A stretch of 64,000 bases of DNA from an uncultured virus (IMG/VR IMGVR_UViG_3300009784_000011) (IMGVR_UViG_3300009784_000011:1-64000); one strand, 5' to 3'; numbered from the stretch's first letter, positions 1 through 9,319 are shown. Notes: generated by a model from the sequence alone, not told the origin. Program-made: numbers and translations.

Positions 1-2
1 AG

Positions 3-179
3 ACGGTGGAAGTGCCCAACGAGACGCGCCAGGCGTTCCGCATGGCGATCGGTGACATCGCGTGCCGCCTGGAGCTGTCCACCTACGGCCCTCCCAGTCC
101 CGTCGAGGAGATGACAATGGAGGATCAGCCGGTGAACCTGGGCCAGTCTTTCGCGCGTGGGCCCAAGCCTAATGGCTAA
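3..179 (+). CDS. hypothetical protein, 5'-truncated at window edge
   Basis: Open frame from the window start (TVEVPNETRQAFRMAIGDIACRLEL...) to TAA 177-179, overlapping the next ATG. Confidence 0.5.
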   Translation, partial: TVEVPNETRQAFRMAIGDIACRLELSTYGPPSPVEEMTMEDQPVNLGQSFARGPKPNG

Positions 180-366
180 CCGCGGCCTCAAGCGCGCCTA
201 CCCGATGGGGCCGCCGCAGCGCGACGAGCTGATCATGCGGCTACGCCACCAGGGGTTCACCTACAAGGAGATCGCCGAGCGCGTCGACATGGACGAGTCT
301 GGCGTGCGGCGCGCCGTCGAGCGAATCCGCTCCGGCGGCTTCGGCACGGGCGTTATTCGCAGCTAG
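172..366 (+). CDS. small helix-turn-helix DNA-binding protein
   Basis: RDELIMRLRHQGFTYKEIAERVDMDESGVRRAV is a sigma70-r4/LuxR-like HTH pattern; ATG 172 overlaps the upstream gene end. Confidence 0.7.
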   Translation: MANRGLKRAYPMGPPQRDELIMRLRHQGFTYKEIAERVDMDESGVRRAVERIRSGGFGTGVIRS

Positions 367-528
367 GATCATCCACACCGCGACTGCGGCCGTCAGTGCG
401 AGTACGGCCCCGGCGAACTTCAGCCACCACTCCCGCCAGTAACGCTCCCGGTGAGTGGTCACGCCATGCGACGCGCACACCCACATGTACTGCGGGTGGT
501 TCTTGCGCCAGCAGTTGCACTTACCCAT
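241..528 (-). CDS. hypothetical membrane protein
   Basis: MGKCNCWRK... with one hydrophobic segment; start coupled to upstream gene, but the 3' end overlaps the convergent HTH gene. Confidence 0.4.
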   Translation of the reverse strand: MGKCNCWRKNHPQYMWVCASHGVTTHRERYWREWWLKFAGAVLALTAAVAVWMILAANNARAEAAGADSLDGAPHARLVHVDALGDLLVGEPLVA

Positions 529-784
529 TCGTACCAGGACTAACCCTGAGTCCACCCTCATAGTCCTGTCGGGCCAGATCGACCGAGGCGACAGCGGGTA
601 TCCCCGCGTAACGCTCAAGTTGAGCGGCCAGCCACCAGATCATGCCGTACAGCTCCTGGATGGCCTCATAGACATCGCCCGAACTGCAATCCAGCATGGA
701 CTGGAGTTGGTCGTTAGCCAGCAACTTTCCCTGATCGTCTACGCAATGACCGTAGCTTCCAGCCACCGTGGTCCTTTCATCCAT
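521..784 (-). CDS. hypothetical protein
   Basis: MDERTTVAG...; part of a chain of overlapping leftward ORFs. Confidence 0.55.
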   Translation of the reverse strand: MDERTTVAGSYGHCVDDQGKLLANDQLQSMLDCSSGDVYEAIQELYGMIWWLAAQLERYAGIPAVASVDLARQDYEGGLRVSPGTNG

Positions 785-1001
785 TGACTCCGTAGTTGCG
801 GCCCTTCTGCCACTGCGCGGCGTGCAGGTTGCACACCGGCGTGCCACGACCCTCCGGCTGTGGCTCACCCTTGGAATTCACCCACTGCACGGCCTTGTTG
901 GCACAGCCCAGGTAGTTCCACATCTCCTCGTAGATCGGGCTCGACCAATCCGCGGCGTCGTACTGCAGCTTGGTGCGCGCCCGGCAGCGCAGCGCGCTCA
1001 C
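777..1001 (-). CDS. hypothetical protein
   Basis: GTG 1001 in GTGA overlap with upstream stop; Cys/His-containing. Confidence 0.5.
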   Translation of the reverse strand: MSALRCRARTKLQYDAADWSSPIYEEMWNYLGCANKAVQWVNSKGEPQPEGRGTPVCNLHAAQWQKGRNYGVNG

Positions 1002-1255
1002 TGGAGCTGCTTCCGAAACGCGATAGTCGGCTCGTCGCCGTAGCTGCACTCGGTGTTCGGGCACGACGGCGTGCTGGTGATGCTCCATTCATGGCCGTTG
1101 CTGCAGGAGTAGCCGGTGGTGGCGCGGTTGGGGTCGTGGCTGTGGTAGTTGCCATCTTCGTCGTAGTACGGCCTCCAGCCCATCAACGTCTTGGTAGTTC
1201 CGTTGATGTAGACCTTGCTGGTGTCGCCACTGAGCTGGCATCCGGGGCATTTCAT
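998..1255 (-). CDS. Cys-rich hypothetical protein (possible zinc ribbon)
   Basis: MKCPGC...CSNGH...CPNTEC; ATGA overlap with upstream gene. Confidence 0.6.
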   Translation of the reverse strand: MKCPGCQLSGDTSKVYINGTTKTLMGWRPYYDEDGNYHSHDPNRATTGYSCSNGHEWSITSTPSCPNTECSYGDEPTIAFRKQLQ

Positions 1256-1611
1256 CGGTCGCTCATGCTTCCGCGCTGCGGCATAATCTCTCGCGCACCG
1301 TCATAGGGCATGAACGCGTAGGTGGGCAGGTCATCGGGGTTGTTCATCACCGGGATGCCGTTCTCGTCCATGCCGTTGGGGATCTGCTGCAGCGCCCAGC
1401 CATACTGGAGCGCCCAGTTCACAATCCGGTCCCATAATCCCTGGTGGGCGATCACGATCTGGCGCGCTTCGAACTTGGGCGGCTCAGCGGCTTCGGGCAG
1501 CTCCAGGTCCTCGTCGGCCGGAAACCATTTGTGACAGGCCCCGCAGTACCGATTGATCTCGTCGTTGGGGTTGTGACTGGTCTTGTTGCAGTCGGGGCAG
1601 GTGAAGCTCAT
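1252..1611 (-). CDS. hypothetical protein with N-terminal zinc finger
   Basis: MSFTCPDCNKTSHNPNDEINRYCGACHKW; ATGA overlap. Confidence 0.65.
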   Translation of the reverse strand: MSFTCPDCNKTSHNPNDEINRYCGACHKWFPADEDLELPEAAEPPKFEARQIVIAHQGLWDRIVNWALQYGWALQQIPNGMDENGIPVMNNPDDLPTYAFMPYDGAREIMPQRGSMSDR

Positions 1612-1856
1612 GAGTGCCTTTCCTTGACGTGTTGGGCGACCCACTCGGCCGCCTCCTTGACGGTGGTGAACCCGGCGTAGGACTCGCCGCAGTTCTCGCA
1701 CACGACCAGCTTGTCGGTCGGGTGCGGCTCGGCGACGATCTCTACCCTTGGTGGATCTGCGGGTCGTTGCGCTGCTTCGCTCGCTGCCGATGGCTTCTTA
1801 GGCCGGCGGCCACGACCCCGAAAGCGGTTCGGGAGCCAGCCCCTCGGAGGGCTCAT
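1608..1856 (-). CDS. hypothetical protein
   Basis: CENC...H motif; ATGA overlaps at both ends. Confidence 0.55.
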   Translation of the reverse strand: MSPPRGWLPNRFRGRGRRPKKPSAASEAAQRPADPPRVEIVAEPHPTDKLVVCENCGESYAGFTTVKEAAEWVAQHVKERHS

Positions 1857-2296
1857 GGCTCCTGTTCGCCCACAGTCAGGATCGCCGGGTTGACCACTCC
1901 GCCGCTCTCGTCGGCAACGACAGCCTTTTCCTCGCTCAGATACTGCCGGTTGTGCCAGCGCCGCAGTATTTCGCCGTACGCCCAGAACCGGGCGAGCGCC
2001 TCCACCGCACAGCCGTACATGAACCCGGTGATGCCGATGTCAGCGTCGGCGTCCTGGCTGGCCTGCTCGGCGATCTCGAGGATGACCTTGGTGACGCCGT
2101 CGTGGTAGGCGGCGATCTCCTGCGAGGTCCACTGGTCGACCGGACCGCCGGGAATCAGTTCCCGGCGCCTGACCTCGGCCTCCATCAGCTCGGCCCACTT
2201 CTCGCCGTAGCGCACGACGGCCCTGCTGTAATCGTCGTCGTTGTTGACCGCGACGTAATCCTGATACTCAGCTTCCCTGCCGGCCACGATCTGCAT
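1853..2296 (-). CDS. hypothetical protein
   Basis: 147-aa ORF, GAAGGAG RBS upstream, phage-like codon usage. Confidence 0.7.
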   Translation of the reverse strand: MQIVAGREAEYQDYVAVNNDDDYSRAVVRYGEKWAELMEAEVRRRELIPGGPVDQWTSQEIAAYHDGVTKVILEIAEQASQDADADIGITGFMYGCAVEALARFWAYGEILRRWHNRQYLSEEKAVVADESGGVVNPAILTVGEQEP

Positions 2297-2305
2297 ATCA
2301 CTCCT

Positions 2306-2671
2306 TCACCATTGTTCTGACGGGTTCCCTATCTCGGCTGCCATGTCGTCGTCCTTGCGCGCCCGGCTCTCGTTGCAGTGCCGGTGCGCGGGCTGCCAGT
2401 TGGTCTCATCGAAGACCAGCTCGGGGGCCTGGCGCACCGGGATGATGTGATCCACGGTCGGGGCCCACGGGCTGCGGTAGTGCTGGCGGTAGTTGATCGG
2501 ATTGCCGCACAGCGCGCACGGCTCACCGGCGGCCTCGCAGCGGTACATGAACTGCTTGCGCAGCTGGCGGTAGGTGTTGTTGCGTCGCGGGTCGTCGCGG
2601 TCGCGGCCCTTGTGCGCCGGCCGCCACTCGCCTTCGGGGGTGTCGTCGAAGGGGTCGGCCTGCTCGGTCAC
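2306..2671 (-). CDS. HNH endonuclease (HK97 gp74-like, packaging-associated type)
   Basis: CALCG...TVDHIIPV...NWQPAHRHCNESR HNH motif; GTG 2671 overlaps upstream TGA. Confidence 0.85.
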   Translation of the reverse strand: MTEQADPFDDTPEGEWRPAHKGRDRDDPRRNNTYRQLRKQFMYRCEAAGEPCALCGNPINYRQHYRSPWAPTVDHIIPVRQAPELVFDETNWQPAHRHCNESRARKDDDMAAEIGNPSEQW

Positions 2672-2850
2672 GGAGCGGGGGTGAAGTCGAAATACTTGCT
2701 GCGCTGCGTGGCGAAGTAGCCGCTGAGTTGGAGCACCGTTTTTTCGCAGCAGGGCGGGTGCGCTGTGGAGGTTCCGGCTACCGAGATGATGTGTGGACCG
2801 CCATCGGGCACCTGGTCGCCGAATCGTGCGTTGCGCCACGCGATCTCCAC
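2668..2850 (-). CDS. hypothetical protein
   Basis: 60-aa ORF coupled to the HNH gene. Confidence 0.4.
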   Translation of the reverse strand: MEIAWRNARFGDQVPDGGPHIISVAGTSTAHPPCCEKTVLQLSGYFATQRSKYFDFTPAP

Positions 2851-2946
2851 CGCTCAAGGATAGTCACCGCCAGACCGCGAACAGCAGCAGCCACACCGCG
2901 ATCGCCAATCCGACCAGCACGCCGATGAGAACCATGTGCATGTCCA

Positions 2947-3099
2947 TCATGGCTCTTGGTTCATGTAGACGAACGCCAGCGCGCGCAGCGATAACGCGAT
3001 GTCGATGAGTGCCAGTGCGATCGCCTGTTCGGCGAGCCCTTCGCGTGCCATCTCACGCATCTCGGGCAGCTCGCCGTCCTTGTCGAGAAAGTTGGTCAT
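2947..3099 (-). CDS. small hypothetical protein
   Basis: MTNFLDKDGELPEMREMAREGLAEQAIALAL...; ATGA overlaps; read manually, below ORF-track cutoff. Confidence 0.5.
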   Translation of the reverse strand: MTNFLDKDGELPEMREMAREGLAEQAIALALIDIALSLRALAFVYMNQEP

Positions 3100-3464
3100 A
3101 TCGCGCCGGTCCTTCCCTGGACCTTCCAGATCACCTCGAAGCCCTCGAACTCGCGGGGCAGCGGGTCCATCGTCACCACGATGCAGCGACGCTGGTCGCC
3201 GTACTGGCCGGCCTGCACAGTGAAGGTCGGCCGATCGGCGATCAGCTGTGCGTAGAAGCGTTCGAGCACCTGGTTGGGTACCTGCGCCGGGGCGTAGGTA
3301 CTCCTAGGTACTTGCACGACGACAGATGGGCAGTTGCATTGGCTGCCCTGGGTTGCCCGGTAGGGCTTGCGCAACCACTTGCGTATCCAGTTGCGCCAGT
3401 TGATCGGCTTGGCCGGGTGCTTCGGACACCACTTGGTGCCGACCCGCAGATAACCCTCGGTCAC
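3096..3464 (-). CDS. hypothetical protein
   Basis: 122-aa ORF with 4-bp overlaps at both ends. Confidence 0.55.
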   Translation of the reverse strand: MTEGYLRVGTKWCPKHPAKPINWRNWIRKWLRKPYRATQGSQCNCPSVVVQVPRSTYAPAQVPNQVLERFYAQLIADRPTFTVQAGQYGDQRRCIVVTMDPLPREFEGFEVIWKVQGRTGAI

Positions 3465-3715
3465 TGCTGCGCCATCTGTTGCACCATCCGCTTACCCTCC
3501 TCGGTCATGGTCCACATCAGCTGCTGAGCGTCGATCGACCAGCCCAGCTTCATGTAGCCCTTGAGCCAGTTATCTACCAGGCCAGCCAATATCACCAGCT
3601 CCGAGAATTCATTGACAGCCTTTTCAAGCTCGGCCTCGGACAAGCCGCCTTCGTTGCTCTCCGCAATCTCGACGAGGAAACGTTTCTTTTCGTTGTCAGA
3701 TAGATACCCGCTCAC
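3461..3715 (-). CDS. hypothetical protein
   Basis: GTG 3715 (MSGYLSDNEKKRF...) overlapping upstream TGA. Confidence 0.6.
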   Translation of the reverse strand: MSGYLSDNEKKRFLVEIAESNEGGLSEAELEKAVNEFSELVILAGLVDNWLKGYMKLGWSIDAQQLMWTMTEEGKRMVQQMAQQ

Positions 3716-4011
3716 TGCGCGACCATCAGCAGTGTGCGCTTGACCTCCTGGGCCTTGCTGAAGGCTTTCATGTAGCTCAGGCCGCTGTAGATGCTGGCGG
3801 TGATGCCCAGGATGGTGATCGTCAGGTCGTAGGTGTCCGCGTCGAAGGTGTCGGGCTCGATCGTGATGCGGGCATCGGCCAGCATCTCGGGGACCTCGAT
3901 GCCCACGCGCTTGTAGAGCTTCCACAGCGGTGCGGACTGGCCGGTGGTCAGGTGGTTCTCGCGGCCGGCAGGGAAGTCCCACTCCCAGTCGGGGTAGCGA
4001 CGCATCGTCAT
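3712..4011 (-). CDS. hypothetical protein
   Basis: ATG 4011 preceded by GGAAGGA RBS. Confidence 0.65.
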   Translation of the reverse strand: MTMRRYPDWEWDFPAGRENHLTTGQSAPLWKLYKRVGIEVPEMLADARITIEPDTFDADTYDLTITILGITASIYSGLSYMKAFSKAQEVKRTLLMVAQ

Positions 4012-4099
4012 GTCTATTTTTCCTTCCATCCCATGATCAACAGAACTGTCCAGACGATGACCGCGAACGCGGTCAACGCGATCCACCACCAAGGCGGCA

Positions 4100-4342
4100 T
4101 TATTTGAGCTGATCGAGCAGTGGCACGCCGAAGTCGACGGCCTTGCAGCGCATGTGGTTGTCGGCGGCGTAACGCAGCGCGGTCAGCTCGTTGCCGAACA
4201 GCACGACCGTTCCCTCATGCTTGTTTTCCTCGTAGGCACACCAGACCACGCGGTGACGCCCGGAACCGGGCAGCTTCGGTGGCTTGGGTGGGTAATCGGT
4301 CTGAGCGGCATCGGACTTGTCCACACCCGGCATATTACGCAT
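4100..4342 (-). CDS. hypothetical protein
   Basis: First gene of the leftward block, next to the divergent intergenic gap. Confidence 0.55.
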   Translation of the reverse strand: MRNMPGVDKSDAAQTDYPPKPPKLPGSGRHRVVWCAYEENKHEGTVVLFGNELTALRYAADNHMRCKAVDFGVPLLDQLK

Positions 4343-4394
4343 GGATTAGTAATCAGACAACGGTGTGTCACCCGGCGTTAACCGGCTCCGACCG

Positions 4395-4406
4395 TATGAT
4401 CGGCCC
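4395..4406 (+). promoter_or_regulatory. -10 box (TATGAT) for probable leaderless transcript
   Basis: TATGAT 4395-4400 lies 6 nt upstream of ATG 4407, with no RBS. Confidence 0.55.
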
Positions 4407-4628
4407 ATGACGATCGGCATCGACAAGCTGGACGACCTACAGGGGCTCATGCAGGGATTACTGGGCGTGGCGGCCGCGATTCGCGACAAGCTCACGGCTA
4501 AACCGCTGGAGGCCCAGAAGCTGCACAGCATCGCGGTGACGCTGCGCAGCATCGACGATTCACTGTGCAGGATCGCCGAGTCGACGGCCATCATGTCGCG
4601 GCCCCCGAGCCCGCTCAACAACCGATGA
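4407..4628 (+). CDS. hypothetical protein
   Basis: MTIGIDKLDDLQG...; ATGA overlap with the next gene. Confidence 0.6.
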   Translation: MTIGIDKLDDLQGLMQGLLGVAAAIRDKLTAKPLEAQKLHSIAVTLRSIDDSLCRIAESTAIMSRPPSPLNNR

Positions 4629-5362
4629 CCGCCGAGCAGCTCGACTTCATCGAGCGCCAGGCCAACGCCTGGCGTGAGATCCGTCAGTGGGCCAAGGATG
4701 CGGAGGACCACCCACTGATCCCGACGCAGCCCGGCGGCAGCTGGGACGGCCCCGGCTCCACGCTGGACGGTGCGCAGGCGGTGGTGCTGTGGCTACCGAA
4801 GCTGATCACCAAGCTGGGCATCAAGACCATCCTCGACGCGCCGTGCGGAGACTGGACCTGGATGAAGCACGTCGATCTGTTCGGCGTGGACTACACCGGC
4901 TGGGACGTGGACGAGGTTCGCATCGAGAAGTGCGACAACACCGTCAACACGCCGCGCGGTAGCCGCGCCAGGACCACTGCCAAAAAGGTGCGGTTCGAGG
5001 AGGTGAACCTGCTCAAGGTCCGCGACGTGCCCAAGGTCGACCTCATCATCTGCCGCGATTTTCTGAGCTGTCTGCTCGACGAGCACATCCAGCATGTGCT
5101 GACTCGGTTCAAGCTCTCGGGCAGCACCTGGCTGCTGATCACCACCTACCCCGGCGCCAGCAACGAATACACCTACGACCCGAGCCAGCAGACCTGGGAC
5201 GGCTATCTCGAGCGGCCGGTCAATCTCGAGGGACCGCCCTGGAACTTAGAGCCGGTCGCCCGGGTACCGGAAGTCTCGGGCCCCGGCGGAGTGCTCACGA
5301 TGCCGCGCGATATGGCGCTGTTCCCGCTCAATCACGGTGCAGTGTGGACGGATGCTTCCTGA
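4625..5362 (+). CDS. class I SAM-dependent methyltransferase
   Basis: GPGST, ILDAPCGDWTWM (motif I), YTGWDVD, VDLIICRD; paralogous to 22370-23023. Confidence 0.8.
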   Translation: MTAEQLDFIERQANAWREIRQWAKDAEDHPLIPTQPGGSWDGPGSTLDGAQAVVLWLPKLITKLGIKTILDAPCGDWTWMKHVDLFGVDYTGWDVDEVRIEKCDNTVNTPRGSRARTTAKKVRFEEVNLLKVRDVPKVDLIICRDFLSCLLDEHIQHVLTRFKLSGSTWLLITTYPGASNEYTYDPSQQTWDGYLERPVNLEGPPWNLEPVARVPEVSGPGGVLTMPRDMALFPLNHGAVWTDAS

Positions 5363-5543
5363 CCAACTGAACAGGATGTTGCGGCTGGCCAATGGTGCGC
5401 TGCGCAAGATCGCCGAACGCGAGCGTATTCCCGAAGGAGCCGACGTTCACCACGACGAAGCCACCCGGCAATACTCCTGGTGGCTCGGCTACCGGCAGGC
5501 CGTCGAGGAAATGATCGAGCTGGCGCGCCAAAGCGGAAGTTAA
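5352..5543 (+). CDS. hypothetical protein
   Basis: MLPDQLNRMLRLANG..., overlaps upstream stop. Confidence 0.55.
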   Translation: MLPDQLNRMLRLANGALRKIAERERIPEGADVHHDEATRQYSWWLGYRQAVEEMIELARQSGS

Positions 5544-5564
5544 AGTTTTGGGCCCAAAACTTTA
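5541..5564. repeat. perfect 24-bp palindrome in AT-rich gap
   Basis: TAAAGTTTTGGGCCCAAAACTTTA is its own reverse complement. Confidence 0.9.
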
Positions 5565-5599
5565 TAGGTTGACCGCGATAGTAAAGGTTTCTTTATAGG

Positions 5600-5614
5600 C
5601 GCCCGAATCCGGGC
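5600..5614 (+). repeat. dispersed 15-bp motif CGCCCGAATCCGGGC, copy 1
   Basis: Exact copies also at 19030, 25649, 42352, 58860 and (reverse) 62266. Confidence 0.85.
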
Positions 5615-5620
5615 GGCGCC

Positions 5621-6121
5621 GTGGCGCTGCTGGATAGCAGCAGGCCGCTGGTTGATTATTGGATGATGACGACGAGCAAAACCGACTGGGACGAGTGGAG
5701 CGACGAGTACGGCCAGTGCTACGTCAACCCGCCCTACCTGATCCGTCAGTACCGCAGTGCCAACGGCGAGACAGTGTGGCAGCTCACCGGCGCCGGCGAG
5801 CCGGTCGAGAGCGACGACCTGTCATTTCTGCAGCGCGAGGCCGCCGAGCACCGGCGCTCGGCCAGCTCACTACCACTGACCCGGGAGCTGGGCGATCTGA
5901 GTGCGGGCGCTACTGGTGGCGGCATCGTGCGCGAGGACCGGATGATCGACACCGCGCGATACAAGACCGAGCTCACCGAGCTGCGGCACTGCGCGCGAGC
6001 GCTGGCCAGGATGGTGAGCGGGGTCAACAACATCTACCGCGAGGCCGCGGTGGTCAATAGCCGGGACGTATTGGAGTCGGTACGCGCCGATGTCCAGTCG
6101 ATATTGGACCGATTGCCCTGA
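5621..6121 (+). CDS. hypothetical protein
   Basis: 166-aa ORF; true start may be ATG 5663. Confidence 0.6.
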   Translation: MALLDSSRPLVDYWMMTTSKTDWDEWSDEYGQCYVNPPYLIRQYRSANGETVWQLTGAGEPVESDDLSFLQREAAEHRRSASSLPLTRELGDLSAGATGGGIVREDRMIDTARYKTELTELRHCARALARMVSGVNNIYREAAVVNSRDVLESVRADVQSILDRLP

Positions 6122-6141
6122 GGAACATCACACTAAGAAGC

Positions 6142-6402
6142 GTGGATAACGTGCGGATCATCCGTGCCAACGGCGAAGTCGAAGACCTGCCGGCGGGACT
6201 GCACACCGAGGAGCCCCGCTCACCGATGCGCCGGTTCATCCTGGAACTGCCCGAAGGCATCTTCGAGGGCATCGCTATGTCGGGCGGCTGGGTGGTGCTG
6301 CACCAGCTGTGCGACGCCATCTTTGTGATCTACCCCAGCGTCGGTGACCTGCTGGAGCGCAAGAACCTCAACGCCAACATCATCCGGTGGCTGGATGCCT
6401 AG
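6142..6402 (+). CDS. hypothetical protein
   Basis: GTG 6142 lies 7 nt after a CACACT -10-like box; overlaps next gene. Confidence 0.6.
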   Translation: MDNVRIIRANGEVEDLPAGLHTEEPRSPMRRFILELPEGIFEGIAMSGGWVVLHQLCDAIFVIYPSVGDLLERKNLNANIIRWLDA

Positions 6403-6829
6403 TCTGACCAAGGTTGAGCGCGAGCGCCGGGATGCGTTGATCATCAACCTGTTCCTGTCCGGCCAGCGCGAGAGTGTGATCGCCCGCCGGGTCAACCTGT
6501 CGGCCAAGCGTGTCCACCAGATCGTCGATGAGCAGCTGGCCATCGCCAGCGAACGCTTCGGCCTGATCAGCCAGAAGGCCCTGGTCGTCAGCAATGAGCG
6601 CCTCGAGATGCTGCTTAAGGGCATCTGGAACAAGGCGGTGTCCGGTGAGGACACCAAGGCCACCGAGGTTGCGCGCCGGCTTTTGGAGCAACAGGCCAAG
6701 CTCTACAACATCGCCGCCGACGTGCCCACCCGGTTCGCCCCGATGGGCGACAACGAGCTGACCGACGAAGTCGACGACCTGCGCAAGTACCGGGCACGCC
6801 ATCACCCGCAGGAGGCATCCACGGCATGA
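6395..6829 (+). CDS. HTH protein, probable terminase small subunit
   Basis: N-terminal HTH ([29 protein letters not shown]), helical body, lies upstream of terL; function inferred from position. Confidence 0.55.
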   Translation: MPSLTKVERERRDALIINLFLSGQRESVIARRVNLSAKRVHQIVDEQLAIASERFGLISQKALVVSNERLEMLLKGIWNKAVSGEDTKATEVARRLLEQQAKLYNIAADVPTRFAPMGDNELTDEVDDLRKYRARHHPQEASTA

Positions 6830-7233
6830 CCAATATTGAGTGGCCGGCAGGATCGCTGAATGAACGCCGCGCCATCTTCGTCTATGAGGTCGCACGCCTG
6901 CAGGCCGCGGCGGTTGGCGCGCCTATCGTCCCCGAGTCGTGGTCGCACCGTGACGAGGCGTTCCGGTCACAATTCCTCGGTGTCATCGAAATGATGGCCG
7001 GCGCGGACCGCAAAAGTGATCCCGAAGAACTGCACAACGACTGGTGGCGCAAGTACGAGGAGATGGGCTGGGTTTATGGCCCTGAGCGCGATCCGGTCAA
7101 AAAGACACATCCTGACATGGTGGATTTCAAGCTGCTCGGCTGGCGTGAGCGTAACAAGGACGCTGTGTTCGTCGCGCTCTGCGAGCTAGCACGTCAATGG
7201 ATCATTGACGACGATCCCGAGGAGGCGGCATGA
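6826..7233 (+). CDS. RyR-domain protein
   Basis: [43 protein letters not shown] matches the ryanodine-receptor repeat consensus (H..W......GW.YG..RD...K.HP.LV). Confidence 0.8.
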   Translation: MTNIEWPAGSLNERRAIFVYEVARLQAAAVGAPIVPESWSHRDEAFRSQFLGVIEMMAGADRKSDPEELHNDWWRKYEEMGWVYGPERDPVKKTHPDMVDFKLLGWRERNKDAVFVALCELARQWIIDDDPEEAA

Positions 7234-7694
7234 CCGGAAAGCTCTCCGACGAGGACGGTTATGCGTCGGCACCCGGTGTCGAGGACATGGTCGCGGCGTG
7301 CGAGAAAAACACCGCGTGGCGCCGGGTGCTGGCCACCAGCGAGCGCACCCAGATCGTGCTCATGTCCATCCCGGTGAACACCGACATCGGCGCCGAGGTC
7401 CACAAGGTGGATCAGACCATCGTCTTCGTGGCCGGCGAGGGCTACGCCGACCTGGACGGCAGCAGAACAAAGATGGGCCCGGGCTGGATCGCGTTCGTGC
7501 CCAAGGGAACCCGGCACAACTTCATCAACACCGGCATGGGGGACCTCAAGCTCTATACCGTCTACGCGCCGCCCAACCACAAGCCCGGCGACGTGGAGAA
7601 GACCAAGGCCGATGCCGCCAAGGTGCCCGACGTGCCACTGCACTCCGGGCGCACCTTCGCCTTACCGCGCCGCGATGCCTGGTATTACCAATGA
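7230..7694 (+). CDS. cupin-domain protein
   Basis: QIVLMSIP...IGAEVH..DQ...FVAGEG...[13 protein letters not shown]...[12 protein letters not shown] cupin_2 motifs. Confidence 0.85.
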   Translation: MTGKLSDEDGYASAPGVEDMVAACEKNTAWRRVLATSERTQIVLMSIPVNTDIGAEVHKVDQTIVFVAGEGYADLDGSRTKMGPGWIAFVPKGTRHNFINTGMGDLKLYTVYAPPNHKPGDVEKTKADAAKVPDVPLHSGRTFALPRRDAWYYQ

Positions 7695-9319
7695 CAGCCG
7701 CCGTCGCCGAGGCGGTCCCTACGCTGGGATCGACGCTGCCGCGCATCTATACCCCTCCCCTGCCGGAGAACTGCGATCCGTATTACGAAGGGCCACAATG
7801 CCCTTGCGGCTGCGGGCTGAATGACCAGACCAGCTGGGGCTACAGCGCGACCGACTTCCTGGAGAACCTGTGGCACTGGGAGCTGTTGCCCTGGCAGGTC
7901 TTTCTCAACTGGCACACCCTGGAGAAGCGTCCAAAGACCCACTCCGGCTTCCGATTTCCCACCACTTTGGTACTGGTTGCCCGCCAGCAGGGAAAGACCA
8001 AGTGGCTCAAGGGCATTGGCCTGTGGCGGCTGTTCATGGACGAGGGCGGTAAGTCCAGCGCGAGCTGCCCGGCCGCCAAGCTGGCGGTGATCGCGGCGCA
8101 GAACCTCGACTATGCCGAGACGATGCTGGCCGACGTGGTGGGTGAGATCCGCAGCCACCGAGTCTTCTCCCGCGAGCTCGTCAACCACCGGGTGGTCAAC
8201 GGCAAGCACCGCGCCATCCTGACCAATGACCGGCTGTGGCGCGCCGCCACCGCGAGCCGCCGTGGCGCCCGATCGCTGTCGGTGGACCTCGCCATGCTCG
8301 ACGAGCTGCGCGAGCACACCACCCATGACGCCTACAACGCGATCGCCCCGACCACCACGGTGCGGCCCTACTCCCAGGTGATCTGCACGTCCAACGCCGG
8401 CGACGTGCGCAGCGTGGTGCTCGAGGAACTGCGCGAGGTCGCCACCCGGCGCATCGTCAACAACGACACCGAGGGCGCTCAGGTGGGCCTGTGGGAGTGG
8501 AGCGTCCCGCTGGACGCCGACCCACACGACCAGCAGTTCTGGCACCTCGCGCTGCCGTCGATGGGCCGGCTCAACGAGTTCACGATCGACACCGTGCGCG
8601 GCTACTACGAGGCCATGCAGTACAAGAACATGCCCGGGTTTCGCACGGAGTTCTTATGCCAGACGGTTGACGCGCTGGAACCCGGCATCATCCCGGCCGA
8701 GCAGTGGATGGACGGCAAGGACGCCGCCAGCCGGCGTGCCGAAGGGAGCCTTGTGTATGCCGCCCTCGACATCAGCTACGACCGCAGCTATTCCTACATC
8801 GCGGTCGCGGCCCGGCGTGAGGACGGCAACATCCACATCGAGGTGATCCAGGCCGCCAATGGCACCGACTGGGTGATTCCGTGGCTGGTCGAGCGCAAAG
8901 ACAAGTTCGTCGGGGTGGCCGTGCAGAAGACCGGCGCGCCGGCGTCGAGCCTGATCCCCGAGATGATCGAGGCCGGAATCAAAGTCGTGGAATGGGGGCC
9001 GGGCTCCGAGGTCACCGGGGGCTGCTCGCTGTTCTACGACCGCATCGTCCAGGGCCAGGTTTTCCATAGGCCCAGCCTGGTCCTGGACCGGGCAGCTGCC
9101 TCCACGATCAGCCGGCGCGTCGTTGACGCGTGGGTGTTCGATCGCCGCAACTCTCCGGTGGACGCCGCGCCGCTGGTGGCGTGCGCTGCTGCGGTGTGGC
9201 TCCTGGAGCAGATTCCCGAGCCCGAGCCGATGATCCATTCTTGGCCGAGCGAGGACGAGATCGCGGCGTGGGAGCGCGAGGCAGAAGAACAAGCAAAGGA
9301 GATGGGATATGACCGATGA
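7691..9319 (+). CDS. terL: terminase large subunit
   Basis: Walker A VARQQGKT, Walker B LAMLDELRE, TSNAG motif III, C-terminal nuclease (ALDISYDR...VDAAP); ATG 7691 overlaps the cupin stop. Confidence 0.93.
   Translation: MTAAVAEAVPTLGSTLPRIYTPPLPENCDPYYEGPQCPCGCGLNDQTSWGYSATDFLENLWHWELLPWQVFLNWHTLEKRPKTHSGFRFPTTLVLVARQQGKTKWLKGIGLWRLFMDEGGKSSASCPAAKLAVIAAQNLDYAETMLADVVGEIRSHRVFSRELVNHRVVNGKHRAILTNDRLWRAATASRRGARSLSVDLAMLDELREHTTHDAYNAIAPTTTVRPYSQVICTSNAGDVRSVVLEELREVATRRIVNNDTEGAQVGLWEWSVPLDADPHDQQFWHLALPSMGRLNEFTIDTVRGYYEAMQYKNMPGFRTEFLCQTVDALEPGIIPAEQWMDGKDAASRRAEGSLVYAALDISYDRSYSYIAVAARREDGNIHIEVIQAANGTDWVIPWLVERKDKFVGVAVQKTGAPASSLIPEMIEAGIKVVEWGPGSEVTGGCSLFYDRIVQGQVFHRPSLVLDRAAASTISRRVVDAWVFDRRNSPVDAAPLVACAAAVWLLEQIPEPEPMIHSWPSEDEIAAWEREAEEQAKEMGYDR

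Noticed and set aside
7205..7690. N-terminal extension of terL in the 704-aa ORF
   Set aside because: Overlaps the cupin gene in another frame and is Arg-rich shadow sequence; ATG 7691 gives a normal 542-aa terminase with no sign of an intein.
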